DNA of 64,000 nucleotides. Origin: Octopus vulgaris. Taxonomy: Eukaryota. This document shows positions 39,186-54,648 of this stretch, one piece after another (position 1 is the first letter of the stretch; each line of letters opens with the position of its first letter). Position numbers and translations under genes: made by a program. The notes under the pieces are model-generated. The model was not told the origin of the DNA and made no database searches. It worked only from the letters and a program-made list of their open reading frames with translations. The stretch is from positions 122,760,001 to 122,824,000 of the forward strand of contig OX597817.1 of assembly GCA_951406725.2 (NCBI GenBank), given 5' to 3'.

Positions 39186-40761
39186 TTATTATTACAGTGG
39201 TGGACTGAAATTTTGTACTGGAAATAAACCCTCACACAAATGAATTTATTCATGATTAACAACATTTATTAAATATATATATATGTAGGCACAGGAGTGG
39301 ATCTGTGGTAAGTAGCTTGCTTATCAACCACATGGTTCCGGGTTCGGTCCCACTGTGTGGCACCTTGGGCAAGTGTCTTCTACTATGGCCTCGGGCCGAT
39401 AAAAGTCTTGTGAGTGGATTTGGTAGACGGAAACTGAAAGAAGCCCGTCGTATATATGTATATGTGTGTGTGTGTATGTTTGTGTGTCTGTGTTTGTCCC
39501 CCTAACATGGTGATGTGCTTACGTCCCCATAACTTAGCGGTTTAGCAAAAGAGACTGATAGAATAAGTACTAGGCTTTCAAAGAATAAGTCCTAGGGTTG
39601 ATTTGCTTGACTAAAAGGCAATGCTCCAGTGTGGCCGCAGTCAAATGACTGAAACGAGTAAAGAGTATGTTTCTGATTAACTGAGTCTACGCATACTGAC
39701 AGTCGACAAATATCTTTTTCAGGAGTCTATATGCAACATGTAAGCAGATACTTCCTTTCCTGTAATAAGTACAGAAAAATCTACCAACTGAAATTTTTGT
39801 GCGGTAATAACAAAGTGAGTGAGAGGGGAACATATCTTTGATGAAAGCAACATGCAAGTTTGATTTGTAATAGACCTAGCTAGCAAAAAATCATTTTTCT
39901 TTTTCAGAAACTTCAGTTAGCTGATTTTATCGAAATTATCTCCCTTGTTTGTTGTTTTAGATTTTCAGCATCCCTACTGGGAGATTTCGTCTAGTCATAG
40001 CATGAATAAACTCCGAACACACACACATATCAATCAATATTTACAAACTTACATAATGCATATGTGCATACATACATATACACACGTATGTATAAATGTT
40101 TGTGTGTATTTGAGTATTTATATATTCCTACATACATTCACATACCGCATATTAACTCATATCATATTGAAGAAATATGAAAGAATAACAGAAGGTAAAT
40201 CCAAATTTTTTTTTTGTCAGTGTATTTCAGAAATCTGAATTTACAAATCTCTTACATATTTCATGCGATTTCTTTTATCAATACTCACACACACACACAC
40301 ATATGCACTAACATACACATAGATTCAATCACATACTTGCAGACTCACACATAATCATGAACGTCGCTTGAGTATGTGCAATATTTGTTTGAGTTTGTGC
40401 TTGGCATATGTTGATGTATGTGTCTTACAAATCTAGAGATGTACCTCTATATTTCTTATATAATGTAAAAGGTGGCTAATGGAAAGATCCAACTTAGTTT
40501 ATAATAATATATGCATGATAACATTAGAACAGAATCAACATCAGGATTCCCCCCTGTATTATAACAATATGTATACAGCTTTGTATGTAAACTTTAAAAG
40601 CAATATTTAAAAAAACGAATTGTGCTTCTGTCGCGAACATAATATTGTATATATATCTATGTATCTGTCATGTATAATACATGTGTTTGTACATGTGCAT
40701 AACAATGCATGAATATGTATGTTTGTGTGTGAAATATATATATATATACATATATATATAC

Positions 40762-40821
<60 letters not shown>

Positions 40822-40917
40822 TGGAGCCTGGTGCAGCCTTCTGGCTTCCCAGAACCCCGGTCGAACCGTCCAACCCATGCTAGCATGGAGAACGGACGTT
40901 AAACGACGATGATGATG

Positions 40918-40953
<36 letters not shown>

Positions 40954-41701
40954 CATATATATACATATATTCATATATACATATATATATATATAGGTGT
41001 GTGTATGTGTGTATGAATGTATACATACATGCATACATATATATATATGAATTTATATAACTCACACGTTTTATACATTTCATTCCAAAATATATATTTT
41101 ATATGAAAATATAACAACGTAAAATGAGAAAATGTTTAAATGATTCTGCAAAGGAAGAAAAACTCAAAAATAAGCTGTAGAATGCAACTGAAGAAAAGAA
41201 GAACATTAAATGTATTAATATATAAACATGTGAAAGTATTTCAGAAAGTGATATAATATACATGTAAGGAAAATTAGCTTCCAGTGTTATAACTTGCACT
41301 CATTTATGTTGTTATGTACTTTCTTTATTGGCAGTATTATTGATGACTACGTACAAGCTACTATCTTAACACGTGGATTGAAGTGTGTACTTAAATAAAT
41401 AATATTGATTTATAGCAATGGTATATAATACCACAGTGGCAGGTTTATACTCAGTTGCAGCACCTTCTTGAAATAATGAATAAATCCCCACAAATCAGAA
41501 CCAATTATTATTTATAGAGTGTAATGCATGTTAGAGAATATAGTCTGTGATACTGTATAATTGAAATATATATATATATATAAGTGGTTTGTCATTGCTA
41601 GAATGTCTTTTCTTGTCTTGGATAAGTCTCTTTGGTTAGTAATGAGTTGGAGTTAAACAACAACAACCACAAATATATATATATATATATATATACATAT
41701 G

Positions 41702-41757
<56 letters not shown>

Positions 41758-41784
41758 GTTTTTTATTTGCTACCTGCATGGGAG

Positions 41785-42030
41785 ACCGGGCGTTGTGTGT
41801 GTTTATTGAGCGAAAACACCTAAAGCTCCACGAGGCTCCAGCAGGGCAACCCCTGTTGTACTCTTCCGCCCCAACTTTCTCTCACTCTTTCTTCCTATTT
41901 CTTGAGTAACGCTGCGATGGAATGGCATCCCGTCCAGCTGGTGGGGAACACATATGCAATAGAAACAATGAAACTGGGCCCATGAGCCTGGCTAGGCTTG
42001 AAAAGGGCACAGGAATAAAAAAAAAAAAAA
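41785..42030 (+). mobile_element. 5'-truncated SINE family A
   Basis: matches 388-634; poly-A tail. Confidence 0.8.
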
Positions 42031-43718
42031 ACACTAACTGTTTCCCTATTTACATACATTGGGATTTAAGTGTGGAAAATACATAATGGCAAAATAAAAA
42101 CAAAATATTGTGACTTATGTAAATTTAAGCCCAACTATTTTACCTAAGATAAATTTCAAAGCCATCTTATGCAATACTACCCCACCCATCACTCAAGGGT
42201 TTTTTTTTATCTGCTGTGGTGTTTTGTGAAACCACTAGTGTTGGTGAGGCTTGGGAAAGAACTCCGTACACTCTGCAAAGTAAATGGCACTAGAAAGTGC
42301 CTCCAGCTGTAGCAACTGCGCCAAAACTAATGTTGGAATTCAATGCAGTCCTCAGACATGTCAGATTCAGTCAAGTCATCCAGTCTGTTCATGGAATGCA
42401 TATACTAAATGGTGATGATGAAGACGATGACAATGACAGTAATGATGATGATGGTAATGGTGATAGTTGTGGTAATGATGATGATAGCAGTGACGACGAC
42501 GATGACGATGATGATGAGGTTGAAGATAATGATGATGAAGATGACGATTCTGCATCCTGGAACACTGGAAACTATAAATTGTTGATATCAACATAGAAAA
42601 GTAATTCTAAGCCATTCATGAAATAGAGAAAATTTATGAAGAACATCAACACACACTGGGTTGGTCACCACAAACATAAAAACACACACACACAGTGATA
42701 GAGGAAAGTAAGAAGAAACCCATCATTGTAATCTGTATCTGTTCTGTCTTTGCATACATATGCAAAGAGACGGTGAGAAAGAGAGGGAGAGAGAGAAAGG
42801 GAGGGACAATAACAAGAGGAAGAGAGAAAGGGAGGGAGAGAGAGAGAGAGAAAGGTGTAGATATATCTTTGGTGTTTTCTTTTCCATCACAAACTTTCAA
42901 ATAAATAATGGTATTTTCGTTTAGTATTCATAACTTCCTTTTTTTAATAAAAAAATATTGGCACTTCTTCATTTCCAGAGACCCATGAAATTGAAAGTAT
43001 TTACCTTGTCAGAAGTAAGATTTTTCCTGGTCAAAGAGTGAAAATTTTTCCCCCTTGCCAAAAGAAATTTTTTTCTCTTGCCAAAAGTATTTTTAATGGT
43101 AGAAAAGTGAATGTGTTTTTATGGGTTATAGTGTTAGTGATCGCTATTTCTTACACTCAATAATACATGAGCATTGGTGACTTGCTCTCACACACAAGAG
43201 ATAATTTGGAAAAATATTTGTTTGCAATAAAATTTCTTGCAATAAACTATTTTGGTGCGTCCGCATAAGCACCCATCTGCATGATGTGGGTCTTCCCTAA
43301 GCTTTACAACTTCGCCAATCCAAAATGTAGTGAAATTTAATGAAGAAGACCAGTCATCTGCACAAAAGTAATTGCATTCGGTGTTATTTGCAGCAACCCT
43401 TGCTAATTCTCTATTAACATTAAATACACTTGAGTAGAAATTAATCATGCATTACTCGTGTTAATTGAGAATTTAATTAAAATATATGGTGGATCCATCT
43501 TCAGTATTGACAAATGACATGCTGGACACTTCATAGCATTAAGCCAGTTTTCTGATGAGTCTCTGCTTTATTTCCATGTCTTAGTACTTTCTCCTTGTGG
43601 GGAAAACACTTTTAATTTTTTAACTTGGAACCTACCTACTTTTTCTGGAATAAATGCTTTCATTTTCATGGATCCCTTGAAATGTTGAAATGTTTTGTTT
43701 TTGACAATTCTTGCTTAA

Positions 43719-43910
43719 CCCTTTCGTTACTGTATTTATTTTGAGATGCTCTGTGTTTCTTTCAATTACTTTAAATATAACAAAGAATTTGGTAAAATAA
43801 CTTAGTTATCATTCAGGTAGTGTTAGGAGCATAAACTGTGACTAAGGTTTGGTGAAAGACATTTGTACTCAAAGCCAGAGCCAGTTTCAGCCATGTTGGT
43901 AATGAAAGAG
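43719..43910. mobile_element. piggyBac-type MITE
   Basis: TTAA-CCCTTTCGTTAC ... GTAATGAAAGAG-ATAA. Confidence 0.6.
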
Positions 43911-44811
43911 ATAATGTATTATCTAGATGTTTCAACATTAGTGATGATTAACATGAAGTTGAAACCATGTGGTTACAAAGTGACTTTCTTAACCACACAA
44001 TTATGCCTAGACAATTATACATGCTGTATCTTACAATTAAACAACAATTAATTGTCTGGGTTGTTCACTTAAATTGTTTTTGTTTTCTATTCTTTGAAGA
44101 AAATTTTAAAAATTAAAAAAAATTTTTTTTACTTTTAAAATAAAATGTTTTTACTACAAATATTTGAAAAGAAATAAATGAATTCCAGACCTATAAAGAA
44201 AACTTAACAGACTTGATAAACAAGTGTTGTTCCATACATTTATGGTAAGTTCTATTATAATTCCAGGTAACATGCAGGTACCAGGTGGATAAAGAAAGAC
44301 AGAGATGATCAGGTAGCCAGACATTTTATAGCTGTGATTAGCTTGTAGCTTTTCTTCAATGCTTGATTAGATGAAACGAGAAGATGAACTGGTTGTAAAC
44401 TGGCATCGATTCTGAACAACTACCTTTAAGAAGTTAACTGAAGATCTTGAAACTACTCGTTTTTATGTAATGATAAATTCATTAATCAATTAATCTACAG
44501 ACAACCATGAGTGTTATATATAAGGTTGTATAATTATTTACAGACATATAGGAAAGAGTGTTGTAAGAGATATTCTTTTCTTTCTTTTATTCTTTTACTT
44601 GTTTCAGTCATTTGATTGTGGCCATGCTGGAGCACTGCATTTAGTTGAGCAAGTCGACTCCCAGAGCTTATTCTTTGGAAGCCTAGTACTTATTCTATCA
44701 GTCTCTTAAACCGAACTGCTAAGTTACGGGGGCGTAAGTACACCAACATCAGTTGTCAAGGGATGTTGAGGGGACAATCACAGACACACAAACATATACA
44801 AATACATACAC

Positions 44812-44873
<62 letters not shown>

Positions 44874-46134
44874 GACGGGCTTCTTCTAGTTTCTGTCTAC
44901 CAAATCCACTCATAAAGCTTTTGTCGGCCTGAGTAGAAGACACTTGCCCAAGGTGCCACGCAATGGGACTGAACCTGGAACAATGTGGTTGGTAAGCAAG
45001 CTACTTACCACACAGCCACTCCTGCGCCTATTGATATGCTTATCAATTTTATACATCTTTAGAAGAAAATACTCTTGACTAAACTTTGACATATTGTGCC
45101 TGGTAAAAATCCAAAGCGAATTTAGAGAGTAAATGCATCGGATAACACATGTGAGCGGTTATCCTATAAATTGTCTTTTGAGAAATTGAGAAAGAAGGAT
45201 TATTAGTGGTTTGTTAAGAGAATCTTACAGACTCATATTAACTTCTGTATACCAAAATACTGGTTCTCATTGATGAATCAAACAAAGTGCTATAAATGTT
45301 TACTTTAAAGGATAGTGGGCTGAAATGGAAATATTTTAGTATCAGAGTCCTCAGGAGCATAGAACAAATAGTTTAATTTCTTTATGAAATATGGAAGTAT
45401 AGAAGAAATTGGTCTCATGTTTTCTGTCAGTACATGGTTGTTGTTACACTTGCTAAGCCCTTTGCCATTCTTATGATCACAGATATTTTGGTCATTACTA
45501 TTCATTGTCACCATCATTTAAAATCTGCTTTTCCATGATTGCATGGATCAGACATAATTTGATGAAGCAGATTTTCTATGGTCATGTGTGCTTCCTGTCA
45601 CCAAACCTCACCTGTCTCCATGAGAGGTAATATTTTTCCCATGACCAGGTATATCCTAGAAAATTGGAAAATGGAAAACATTGCTTGCATGATGGTGACA
45701 TTTGCTTACAAATAATGAGACAGTAACCACAGATGCACACACAAACGCTCATGCATGCAATCATACACACGCAAACGGTTACATTATATATATATTGGGG
45801 TGGCTGTGTGGTAAGTAGCTTGCTTACCAACCACATAGTTCCAGGTTCAGTCACACTGCATGACACCTTGGGCTCGTGGATTTGGTAGAGGGAAACTGAA
45901 AGAAGCCCATCGTATAAATATATATATATATATGTATATGTCTGTGTGTCTGTTTTTGTCTCCCCCTCCATTGCTTGACAACCAATGTCAGTGTATTTGC
46001 ATCCCTGTAACTTAGTGTTCAGCAAAAGAGACCGATAGAATAAGTACTAGGCTTACAAAGAATAAGTCCTGTGGTTGATTTGTTCAACTAAAGTTGGTGC
46101 TCCAGCATGACCACAGTCTGATACAAATAAAAGA

Positions 46135-46171
<37 letters not shown>

Positions 46172-46175
<4 letters not shown>

Positions 46176-46675
46176 CGTATATTTGCCATTTAAATATGGC
46201 TATCCCCTAAGGGTGGATGCTACTGTAGTTTGTAGCCCCAGGAGGACACCTCCCCCAGCTGGCTATTGACACACTTTCTGTGCCCTATCAGTATTTGCAA
46301 AGAGAAGCCATCTTTCCTGTCTCCAACTTATGATACACACGGACTCAAGTTTCTGGGTATTGACCCGTCATTGGCGTGTGACAATTGAAGGGATCCTACT
46401 TTTCATCGACAACTGTGATTGTCACACGCCGATGACGGGTCAATACCCAGAAACTCGAGTCCGTGTGTATCATAAGTTGGAGACGGGAAGGATGGCTTCC
46501 CTTTGCAAATACTGATAGGGCACAGAAAGTGTGTCTATTGCCAGCTGGAGGAGGTGTCTTCCTGGGGCTACAAACTACAATAACATTCACCCTTAGGGGT
46601 TAGTCATATTTAAATGGCAAATATACGTCACGATGTGTTGTAGCTACTGTTTATAACTCACTTTAAGATTTATTA
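46172..46675. mobile_element. fold-back non-coding element with ~214-bp arms, 32-bp spacer and ~44-bp one-sided tail, between (TA)n tracts
   Basis: 46172-46385 versus 46418-46631 are highly similar reverse complements; each arm carries a hammerhead motif. Confidence 0.85.
46423..46467 (+). ncRNA. minimal type-I hammerhead ribozyme, C4 core variant (mutated mirror copy at 46336-46380, minus strand)
   Basis: cacacg-CCGATGA-c-gggt caat accc-a-GAAA-ctcgag-TC-cgtgtg: perfect 6-bp stem I, 4-bp stem II, palindromic stem III ACTCGAGT, GUC triplet (predicted cut after 46461). Confidence 0.75.
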
Positions 46676-49600
46676 TATATATATAAATATACACACACAC
46701 ATATATACAATGATCTTCTTTCAGTTACTGTCTACTAAATCCACTCACAATGCTCTGGTTAGCTCAGAGCTAGAGGAAAAGATAGTTACTCAAGATGCCA
46801 CACAGTGGGACTGAACCTGGAACCAGTTGCTTAGGAAGCAAACTTCTAACCACACAGCCATGCCTGTACCTATATTCTCATTTTCTTTTTCTAAAACCCA
46901 AGATACCTTGGGTAGTATTATCTAAATTGTTATTTCTCTTTTCTTTCGAAGATATTTCGATGCTATTTTTAGCAGATCAACCACTCACATGGAAGCTCCT
47001 TCATTGTACAAGCATTGTATTTACAACAACAAGAAACGAAAGAAGAATAAATTAAAAGTAAATGTACAATAGTTTGTAGATTGAGAGAGAAAAGCAGAAT
47101 GTTGGGTATTTCTGATACACTCAGCTAGATGTCAGCAGTTGATGTTGCAATGAACTAAAGATCATATACTAATTACTTCACTTGCTAGAAGACAAATATG
47201 AGTTATATGACATAAATAGCATAATTGGTGCTGGAGGTAGTTCTAATGAAATTATGGTAGCATGAGCAAAGACTTTGTTGAACAAGTTTAAATATATGTT
47301 ACAATATTTTTGATGGCATAGATTTCCTCTCTGTACTAAAGATAGGCAAAATAATGCATAGGGGAAATCCAGAAACTGCAATAAACAAAACAAAATAAAA
47401 CAAAAAATACATAGAAAGCTGATGGTTTACATTGGTTCAGTTAATTAGTTCATTGGAGAATTTAAAGCAATCAAAGAGACAAGAAGCCAAATTGTTAAAA
47501 TTTTCATTCTCTACAGCAATTAAATTTATCAAATATTTCTATGAATTATTTTATATAATGCATATCTTAGATTTATGATTATGTTCCATAAGACAGAGAG
47601 AGAGAGAGAGCACAAGCTGATTGATTAATTTTTTTTATAATAATTCATTTTTAGTGATGGAAGCAATATTCATTCAAAAATTAATGATCTGTATACATAC
47701 ATTGAGTGTGCATATATGTTTAAAACGTTCTAAACTGTGGTATTTGTCTTGAAAAAGTATCTGTCACTAATAAAGAAGTTTTGTTTAGCCTGCCAGCAAA
47801 ATGCGATATCAGTGACCTTTCAAGCACTGTTTAACTATACCAGCTAGCAACGGATGTTTGCTTGACATGAGGCAATGCGGAAATTTTCTACTGATGAAGC
47901 TAACAAACAATTTCACCACTAAAACTGGATGACTTTCACCTGCTGCTGATATCTTTCTGTGTTTTTAACACTATATGTCTAGAAGAGATACTTTCTCAAG
48001 ATGAAATTTGTAGTTTAGAAGGCTTTTAACATATACACACTCCAAGTATATATGCAGATTGTTTTTTTTTTATATGGTTTGGGACGGAAGTGCAGTGCTC
48101 ATGAAACTTTTATTTCTTTAATTACAATCGAAATCAATCAACATCAATGGAAATTGTAGATGTGATACCAGTGCCGATGGCACGTAAGAGAACCATCTGA
48201 ACGTGGCCGTTGCCAGCACCGCCCCGACTGGCCTCCGTGCCGGTGACATGTAAAATACACCATCGGATTGTGGCCGTTGCCAGCCTCGTCTGGCCCCATG
48301 CCGGTGGCACGTAAAATACACCATCCGATTGTGGCCGTTTGCCAGCCTCGTCTGGCACCTGTGCAGGTGGCACGTAAAAAGCACCCACTACACTCACGGA
48401 GTGGTTGGCGTTAGGAAGGGTATCCAGCTGTAGAAACACTGCCAGATCAGACTGGGCCTGGCACAGCCTTCTGGCTTCCCAGACCCCAGTTGAACCGTCC
48501 AACCCATGCTAGCATGGAAAACGGACATTAAACAATGATGATGATGAATAAGGGTGCCAATCTCCAAGAAGAAGACCTCAAATAGTGTAGGAACCACTTC
48601 GATTATAACTCCAGTATCACAATCTTGTGATAATGGAGTAATAATCTAAGTGCTTCCTAGACCATTTGGGGTCTACTTCTACCACACTGGCATTGTAATT
48701 ATTCAATTCCCTTATTGTAATTTTAATATAAATTAACCATTATGGTATTTTAGTATGCTGGCCACTGATAAATCATTAAATAATGACTTCATCCTAATTA
48801 TGTACTCTCTTTTACTCTTTTACTTGTTTCAGCCAATTGACTGTGGCCATGCTGGAGCACCGCTTTTTCGTCGAGCAAATCCACCCCAGGACTTATTCAT
48901 TGTAAGCCTAGTACTTATTCTATTGGTCTCTTTTGCCGAACTGCTAAGTTACGAGGATGTAAACACACCAGCATCAGTTGTCAAGTGATGCTGGTGGGGA
49001 CAAAGACAGGCACACAAACATATACGTACGCACACACACACACACACACATATATATACACACATGTACGATGGACTTCTTTCTGTTTCCGTCTACCAAA
49101 TCCACTCACAAGGCTTTGGTCGGCCCGAAGCTATAGTAGAAGACACTTGTGCAAGGTGCCACGCAGTTGGACTGAAACTGGAACCATGTGGTTGGTAAGC
49201 AAGCTACTTACCACACAGCCACTCCTACGCCTAAGGGTGGGAAATTATTAATTAATAATTAATTGATTAATTCATTTATTTTGTCAGAGCCTTCAATACT
49301 GCTGGAGAGACCAGAGGAGCTATTCTCTAACCAAAGATCTGAACCAAATGCTAGCAATGTAGTTAACTTTACTGAAGATACTCGGGGATAAAGTAGTGAC
49401 ATTAAACTCAGGTGACATCCGCTCAAGAACTAAAAATGCAAAGAGCTGGAACAAATATGGTAATGTTTCTCATCTAATGTTCTTAAAAATTCACCAATTA
49501 TATGCCGTTGACAGACACTTGATTTTATTGACACTGTAAGGATGATAGGGAAATGTTGACATTGGCAGAAATTGGATCTACAGCACAAAGAGCCAGAACA

Positions 49601-49989
49601 AATACCACAAGGCATTTTTATCCTTGCTTTAAAGATCTTGCCAATGTATTTTGAATATGCAATGCTAAAACATGGGAAAGTTTCAAGAACAGCTGTATGT
49701 AAAGTGCTAAATGTAATACTGGTGGTGTTTAAAGATTTCCTTCTATGCTTACCAGTAGAAATTCTGCTAGGTGAAAGTGTATCTTTTATCTATCTGGGAT
49801 CAAGAAAAAGCATGCCAGCAGGCATGGCTATGTCGTAAGAAGCTTCCTTCCTTCTCAACAATGTATCAATTTGGGCAAGCGTCTTCAACTATAGTCTCAT
49901 GCTGACCAAACCCTTGTGAGTGGATTTGGTAGATGGAAACTGAAAGAAGACCATTTTATACATACATATATATGTATGTATAAGATTGG

Positions 49990-50270
49990 CGACATACCGT
50001 AAAAGAAGGAAAAGAAAGGAATGACAGAGAGAAAGAGGAGAAATGGAAAGACAAGAAAAGACATCAACAAGAAACTATGACATTACAACCAGCCAGGAAC
50101 AGTCTTTGCTACATTTGCGGCACTTGCCAGAGGGAATGTTTGTCCAGGATAGGACTACTCAGCCACAGTAGGAAATGTATTAGGACATGAAATGTAAAAG
50201 CCGGACTAGATTATTTTATGTGCAACTCCATTGTGTCCTGAGACAAAAAGGATGCCAACAACAACAACCA
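49990..50270 (+). mobile_element. RTE/BovB-like LINE extreme 3' end
   Basis: YICGTCQRECLSRIGLLSHSRKCIRT* C-terminal zinc finger, short UTR, (CAA)n tail. Confidence 0.75.
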
Positions 50271-51899
50271 ATACATACATACATACATACATACATACAT
50301 ACATACATACATACTTACATATATATATATATGTATATATATATATATTTATATATATATATGTATGTATATGTATATATGTATACATATATGTATGTAT
50401 ATATATATGTGTATGTATATATAAATATATATATATATATATGTAAATATGTATGTATGTATATATATATGTGTGTGTATATATATATATGTATGTATAT
50501 GTATATGCATATGTATGTGTATGTATATATATATATATATACATCTGTGTGTGTGTCTTTGTGTCTGTGCTTGTCCCCGTCATCACCATTTGACAACTGG
50601 TATTGGTGTGTCTATGTCCCCTTAACCTAGAAGTTCAGTAATAAGCAACCAATGGAATAAGTACTAGGCTTTAAAGAAGTAAGTCCTGGGGTCGATTTGT
50701 TTGACTAAAACCCATCAAGGTGGTGCTCCAACATGGCCACAGCCAAATGACTGAAACAAATAAAGGAGTAAAAGAGTAAAAGAGAATAAGTTCGTCTCCT
50801 GTCTTTTACTTATTTCAGGCATTGGACTCTGGCCATTCTGGGGCACCACCTTGCCACCATCCCACCCACCTGCCACTGCCACCAGATTACTTTTTTTTTA
50901 AAGCTTGGTACTTATTCTATCAGTCTCATGTGCTGGACACCTAAGTTACAGGGGAGTGAACAAACTAAAACTGGTTGCCAATTCAGTGGTGGTGACAAAG
51001 GCACATACACACACACACACACACACACACGCGCGTCTATACATTTATATTTATTATTCTTAAACAAGAATGTTATTGACTGTCAATAACATTCTGGTAT
51101 AAGAATATTAAATTTGTAATCTACAAAAAATATAGAGTAACCCATCACATTAATGTAAATATTTTTTTATTATAACTAAACATAAAAACAGATATTTTAT
51201 ATGTGTGTATATATACACGCAGACACATACACACAGATATATATATCATAGCTATTATGCAAAGTTTCCTAAGTCCAAAACATTGCTTTTTTCAGAAAAC
51301 AATACTATCGCTTCACCATTCCATAGCAAAACCGTTGTACTACTCTTTGACAATTTTTGCTATCTTGGCATCTGAAGCAGCTGTAGATACGATACCTTGA
51401 CCAAAAGAACTGGCTATTGCAACCAAAAATAAATATTGAAAAAAATGCATGTGGCCAAATTTGGACATACAACAGTTTAACATAATAACAACAATTTATA
51501 TATATTCTTTTATTCTTTTACTTGTTTCAGTCATTTGACTGTGGCCATACTGGAGCACTGCCTCAAATGGTTTTAGTGGAGGAAATCAATCCTAGAACTT
51601 ATTCTTTGTAAGCCTACTGCTTATTCTATCAGTCTCTTTTACTGAACCGCCAAGTTACAGGGACATAAACACATCAGCATTGGTTGTCAAGCAGTGACAG
51701 GGAGACAAACACAGACACACACATATAAATGCAAATATATATATATATATACGATGGGCTTCTTTCACTTTCCGTCTACCAAATCCATTCACAAGGCTTT
51801 GGTTGGCCTGAGGCTATAGCAGATGACACTTGCCCAAGGTACCATGCAGTGGGACTGAACTTGGAACAATGTGGCTGGAAAGCAAGCTTCTTACATGTA

Positions 51900-52472
51900 G
51901 CCACCTTCCAATCACTGGGCCTCACGGAGGCAATGACAAATGACCAAGACCTTTGGCAATATATTGTGCTTGAGAAGAAGACCCATCAAGCCAAGTGAAA
52001 TCATAGTCATGGCAGATACTAGTGGCATGCAAATGACACCCATGCTGGTGGCACATAAAATCACCAATTACACTCTTGGTGTGGTTGGTGTTAGGAAGGG
52101 CAAATCAGACTTGAGTTTGGTGTATTTCCTCAGCTTACCAACCCTGGTCAAACCTATTTTTTTATTGCCCACAAGGCACTAAACATAGAGGGGGACAAAC
52201 AAGGACAGACAAATGGATTAAGTCAATTACATTGACCCCAGTGTGTAACTAGTACTTAATTTATTGACCCCCAAAAGGATGAAAGGTAAAGACCACCTTG
52301 GCAGAATTTGAACACAGAAAGTAAAGACAGACGAAATACCGCTAGGAATTTTGCCCAACGTGCTAACTTTTCTACCAGCTATCCACCTTACCAACCCTGG
52401 TCAAACCATCCAACCCATGCCTGCATGGACAGCAGATACTAAATGATGATAATGAAGCGGATGATGATGATG
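51900..52472 (+). mobile_element. RTE 3' end interrupted by a minus-strand SINE C (52155-52388)
   Basis: LGLTEAMTNDQDLWQYIVLEKKTHQAK*; direct repeat cttaccaaccctggtcaaacc at 52134-52154 and 52387-52407. Confidence 0.75.
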
Positions 52473-53698
52473 GTATATATATATATATACACACACAATG
52501 GGCTTCTTTTGGTTTCTGCCTACTAAATCCACTCGCAAGGCTTTGGCTGCTCCAAGGCTATAGTGGAAGACACTTGCCCAAGGTGCCATGCAGTCAGGCT
52601 GAACATGGGACCATGTGGTTGGGAAGCAAACTTCTTACCACACAGCCAGTACTAATTCCCAACAATTTTCTCGTCTTGTTCCAAAGTTATGTCAACAGAA
52701 AAGAAAATTTGAATAGAAAAGAGACGAGAAATAATAATGCAATCAAATGAATTGACTACAGCAGCAAGAGAAATGACTGGAATTGTTATATGAATGGATC
52801 AGATACAGTGGCTGAGAAAAAGAAGAAAAAAAAAAGAAGGAGATTATCATGAATTGATAGAAGTGAGCCATAAGAGATGTAGATCAAGGAAGACTTGGGA
52901 CAGTAGACTGGAAGCAGCAGAGTGGAGATTATTGGGCTTCAGATGATATCGCCACATGAGATCAAGAACCATGAAACAATGCTTTACTGTAAGTAGACTC
53001 ATCCAAGCCATACAAGCATTTAAAAATAAATGGAAGTTAAAGCAATGAGAAAAACGATGCTGTTGATAATACACATAGTGATGAGTATTACAATGTGGGG
53101 AGGGAGAGGATAACAATGAAGAACATGATTTGGCTGAGTTAATAGGGAAAAGGTTTAATGTTTAATTATGTAATTACAGATTTAGATAAAATATAATATT
53201 GGTTCAGTGGAGAGAATCAACAAAAATTGTTCTGCGTATTGATTAAAATATCAGATTGAATCAAAATGTTTGTCTTGTAGTGGCTATCATGTAATATTAT
53301 TTATTTATCACAAATAGCAATCAGCAAATGAAAAGTAAATTTATACACATGCCACATTGAAAAGCAAGTTATTTTGTAAGTAAATCTATATGAAGAGGTT
53401 CAATTTATCTTATTGAATGAAAATAATATGAAAGCAGATGAGATTAAAATAACAAGATTTGAAACATGCAAACACAAACACTGCATGCATACACAAGTGT
53501 TGGTATATATCTGTATCTATCTATCTATCTGTACATATGTGTGTGTATACATGTATATATATATATATCTTTATATATGTATATATATATATATATATGT
53601 GTATAAATATATATGTATATATATTTATTTATATATATATGTATATGCATATATATATGTATATATATATATGTATATATATATGTATATATATATAC

Positions 53699-53730
<32 letters not shown>

Positions 53731-53886
53731 GCACTTCCATGCATGTGTGTGTGTATATATGTATATGTCTATATGTCTATACATATATATATATATACAC
53801 ACACATACATATTTACATGCATATGTATATATTATGTGTGGGTAAAAATGTATTTACATGTGTCGATCTTTCTACCTCTCCCCCCC

Positions 53887-53930
<44 letters not shown>

Positions 53931-54307
53931 CATTGCATATATATATCTATACTTACAAATATGCATATATGTTCGTAATCCTATATATGTTATATATGTG
54001 TATATATGCATGTGTGTGTGTGCACAGAAATGGAGATATGCCATTCCTTCTCTCTGTTGCCAAATAAATATTTACTATTTAAAGTATCAATTATCTATAA
54101 ATAAAGTAATACATTATAATTAACATAATTATTTGGGGTGGGGCTGGGCACACTATATCCTTGCAATGGTTCAGTAGTAACAGCACCAGATGTTTGCTAT
54201 GTAGCTTTCTCCCAACCTGCTGAAGGGGATTTGAACTTAGTACTACAGTTTAATAACATGCATGAGATTTACAGACCAGGTAGCTGGTAATGGAAGAGCT
54301 TATATAT

Positions 54308-54353
<46 letters not shown>

Positions 54354-54354
54354 T

Positions 54355-54570
54355 ACTAATTTGAGGAAAATGTTCATGTGCCGTGTTGAAATAATGCAAG
54401 AATTTATTCAAAATCAACTACAACTATTCTTCAAAATAAAGGCCATTTTTCACGACATTCTGTCAATGATTTGCAAGCTTTTGGATTTGGTCAAAGTACC
54501 AATTCTTTAGCTTTGAATCGAAAAATTCTTGACAGGCTTCTTCAACTTCATCGAATGACTCAATGATAAT
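54355..54570 (-). pseudogene. mariner 3' fragment, same family as 29415-29935
   Basis: minus strand SFDEVEEACQEFFDSKLKNWYFDQIQKLA..GLYFEE*. Confidence 0.8.
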
Positions 54571-54648
54571 GATTTAGAGGAAGTTTGATAAGTGCCAACA
54601 CACGAAACTCTCAGACCTTGGGTCACTCCATTGCTTCCACTAAATATT

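Noticed and set aside
42297-42596. Asp-rich 99-aa ORF
   Set aside because: Degenerate (GAT)n tail following a decayed RTE-type 3' fragment.
43188-43448. 86-aa ORF in unique sequence
   Set aside because: No recognisable motif and no convincing splice signals.
49270-49810. Unique, possibly coding-derived stretch
   Set aside because: No sustained frame or identifiable domain; may be an ancient TE relic but cannot be supported.
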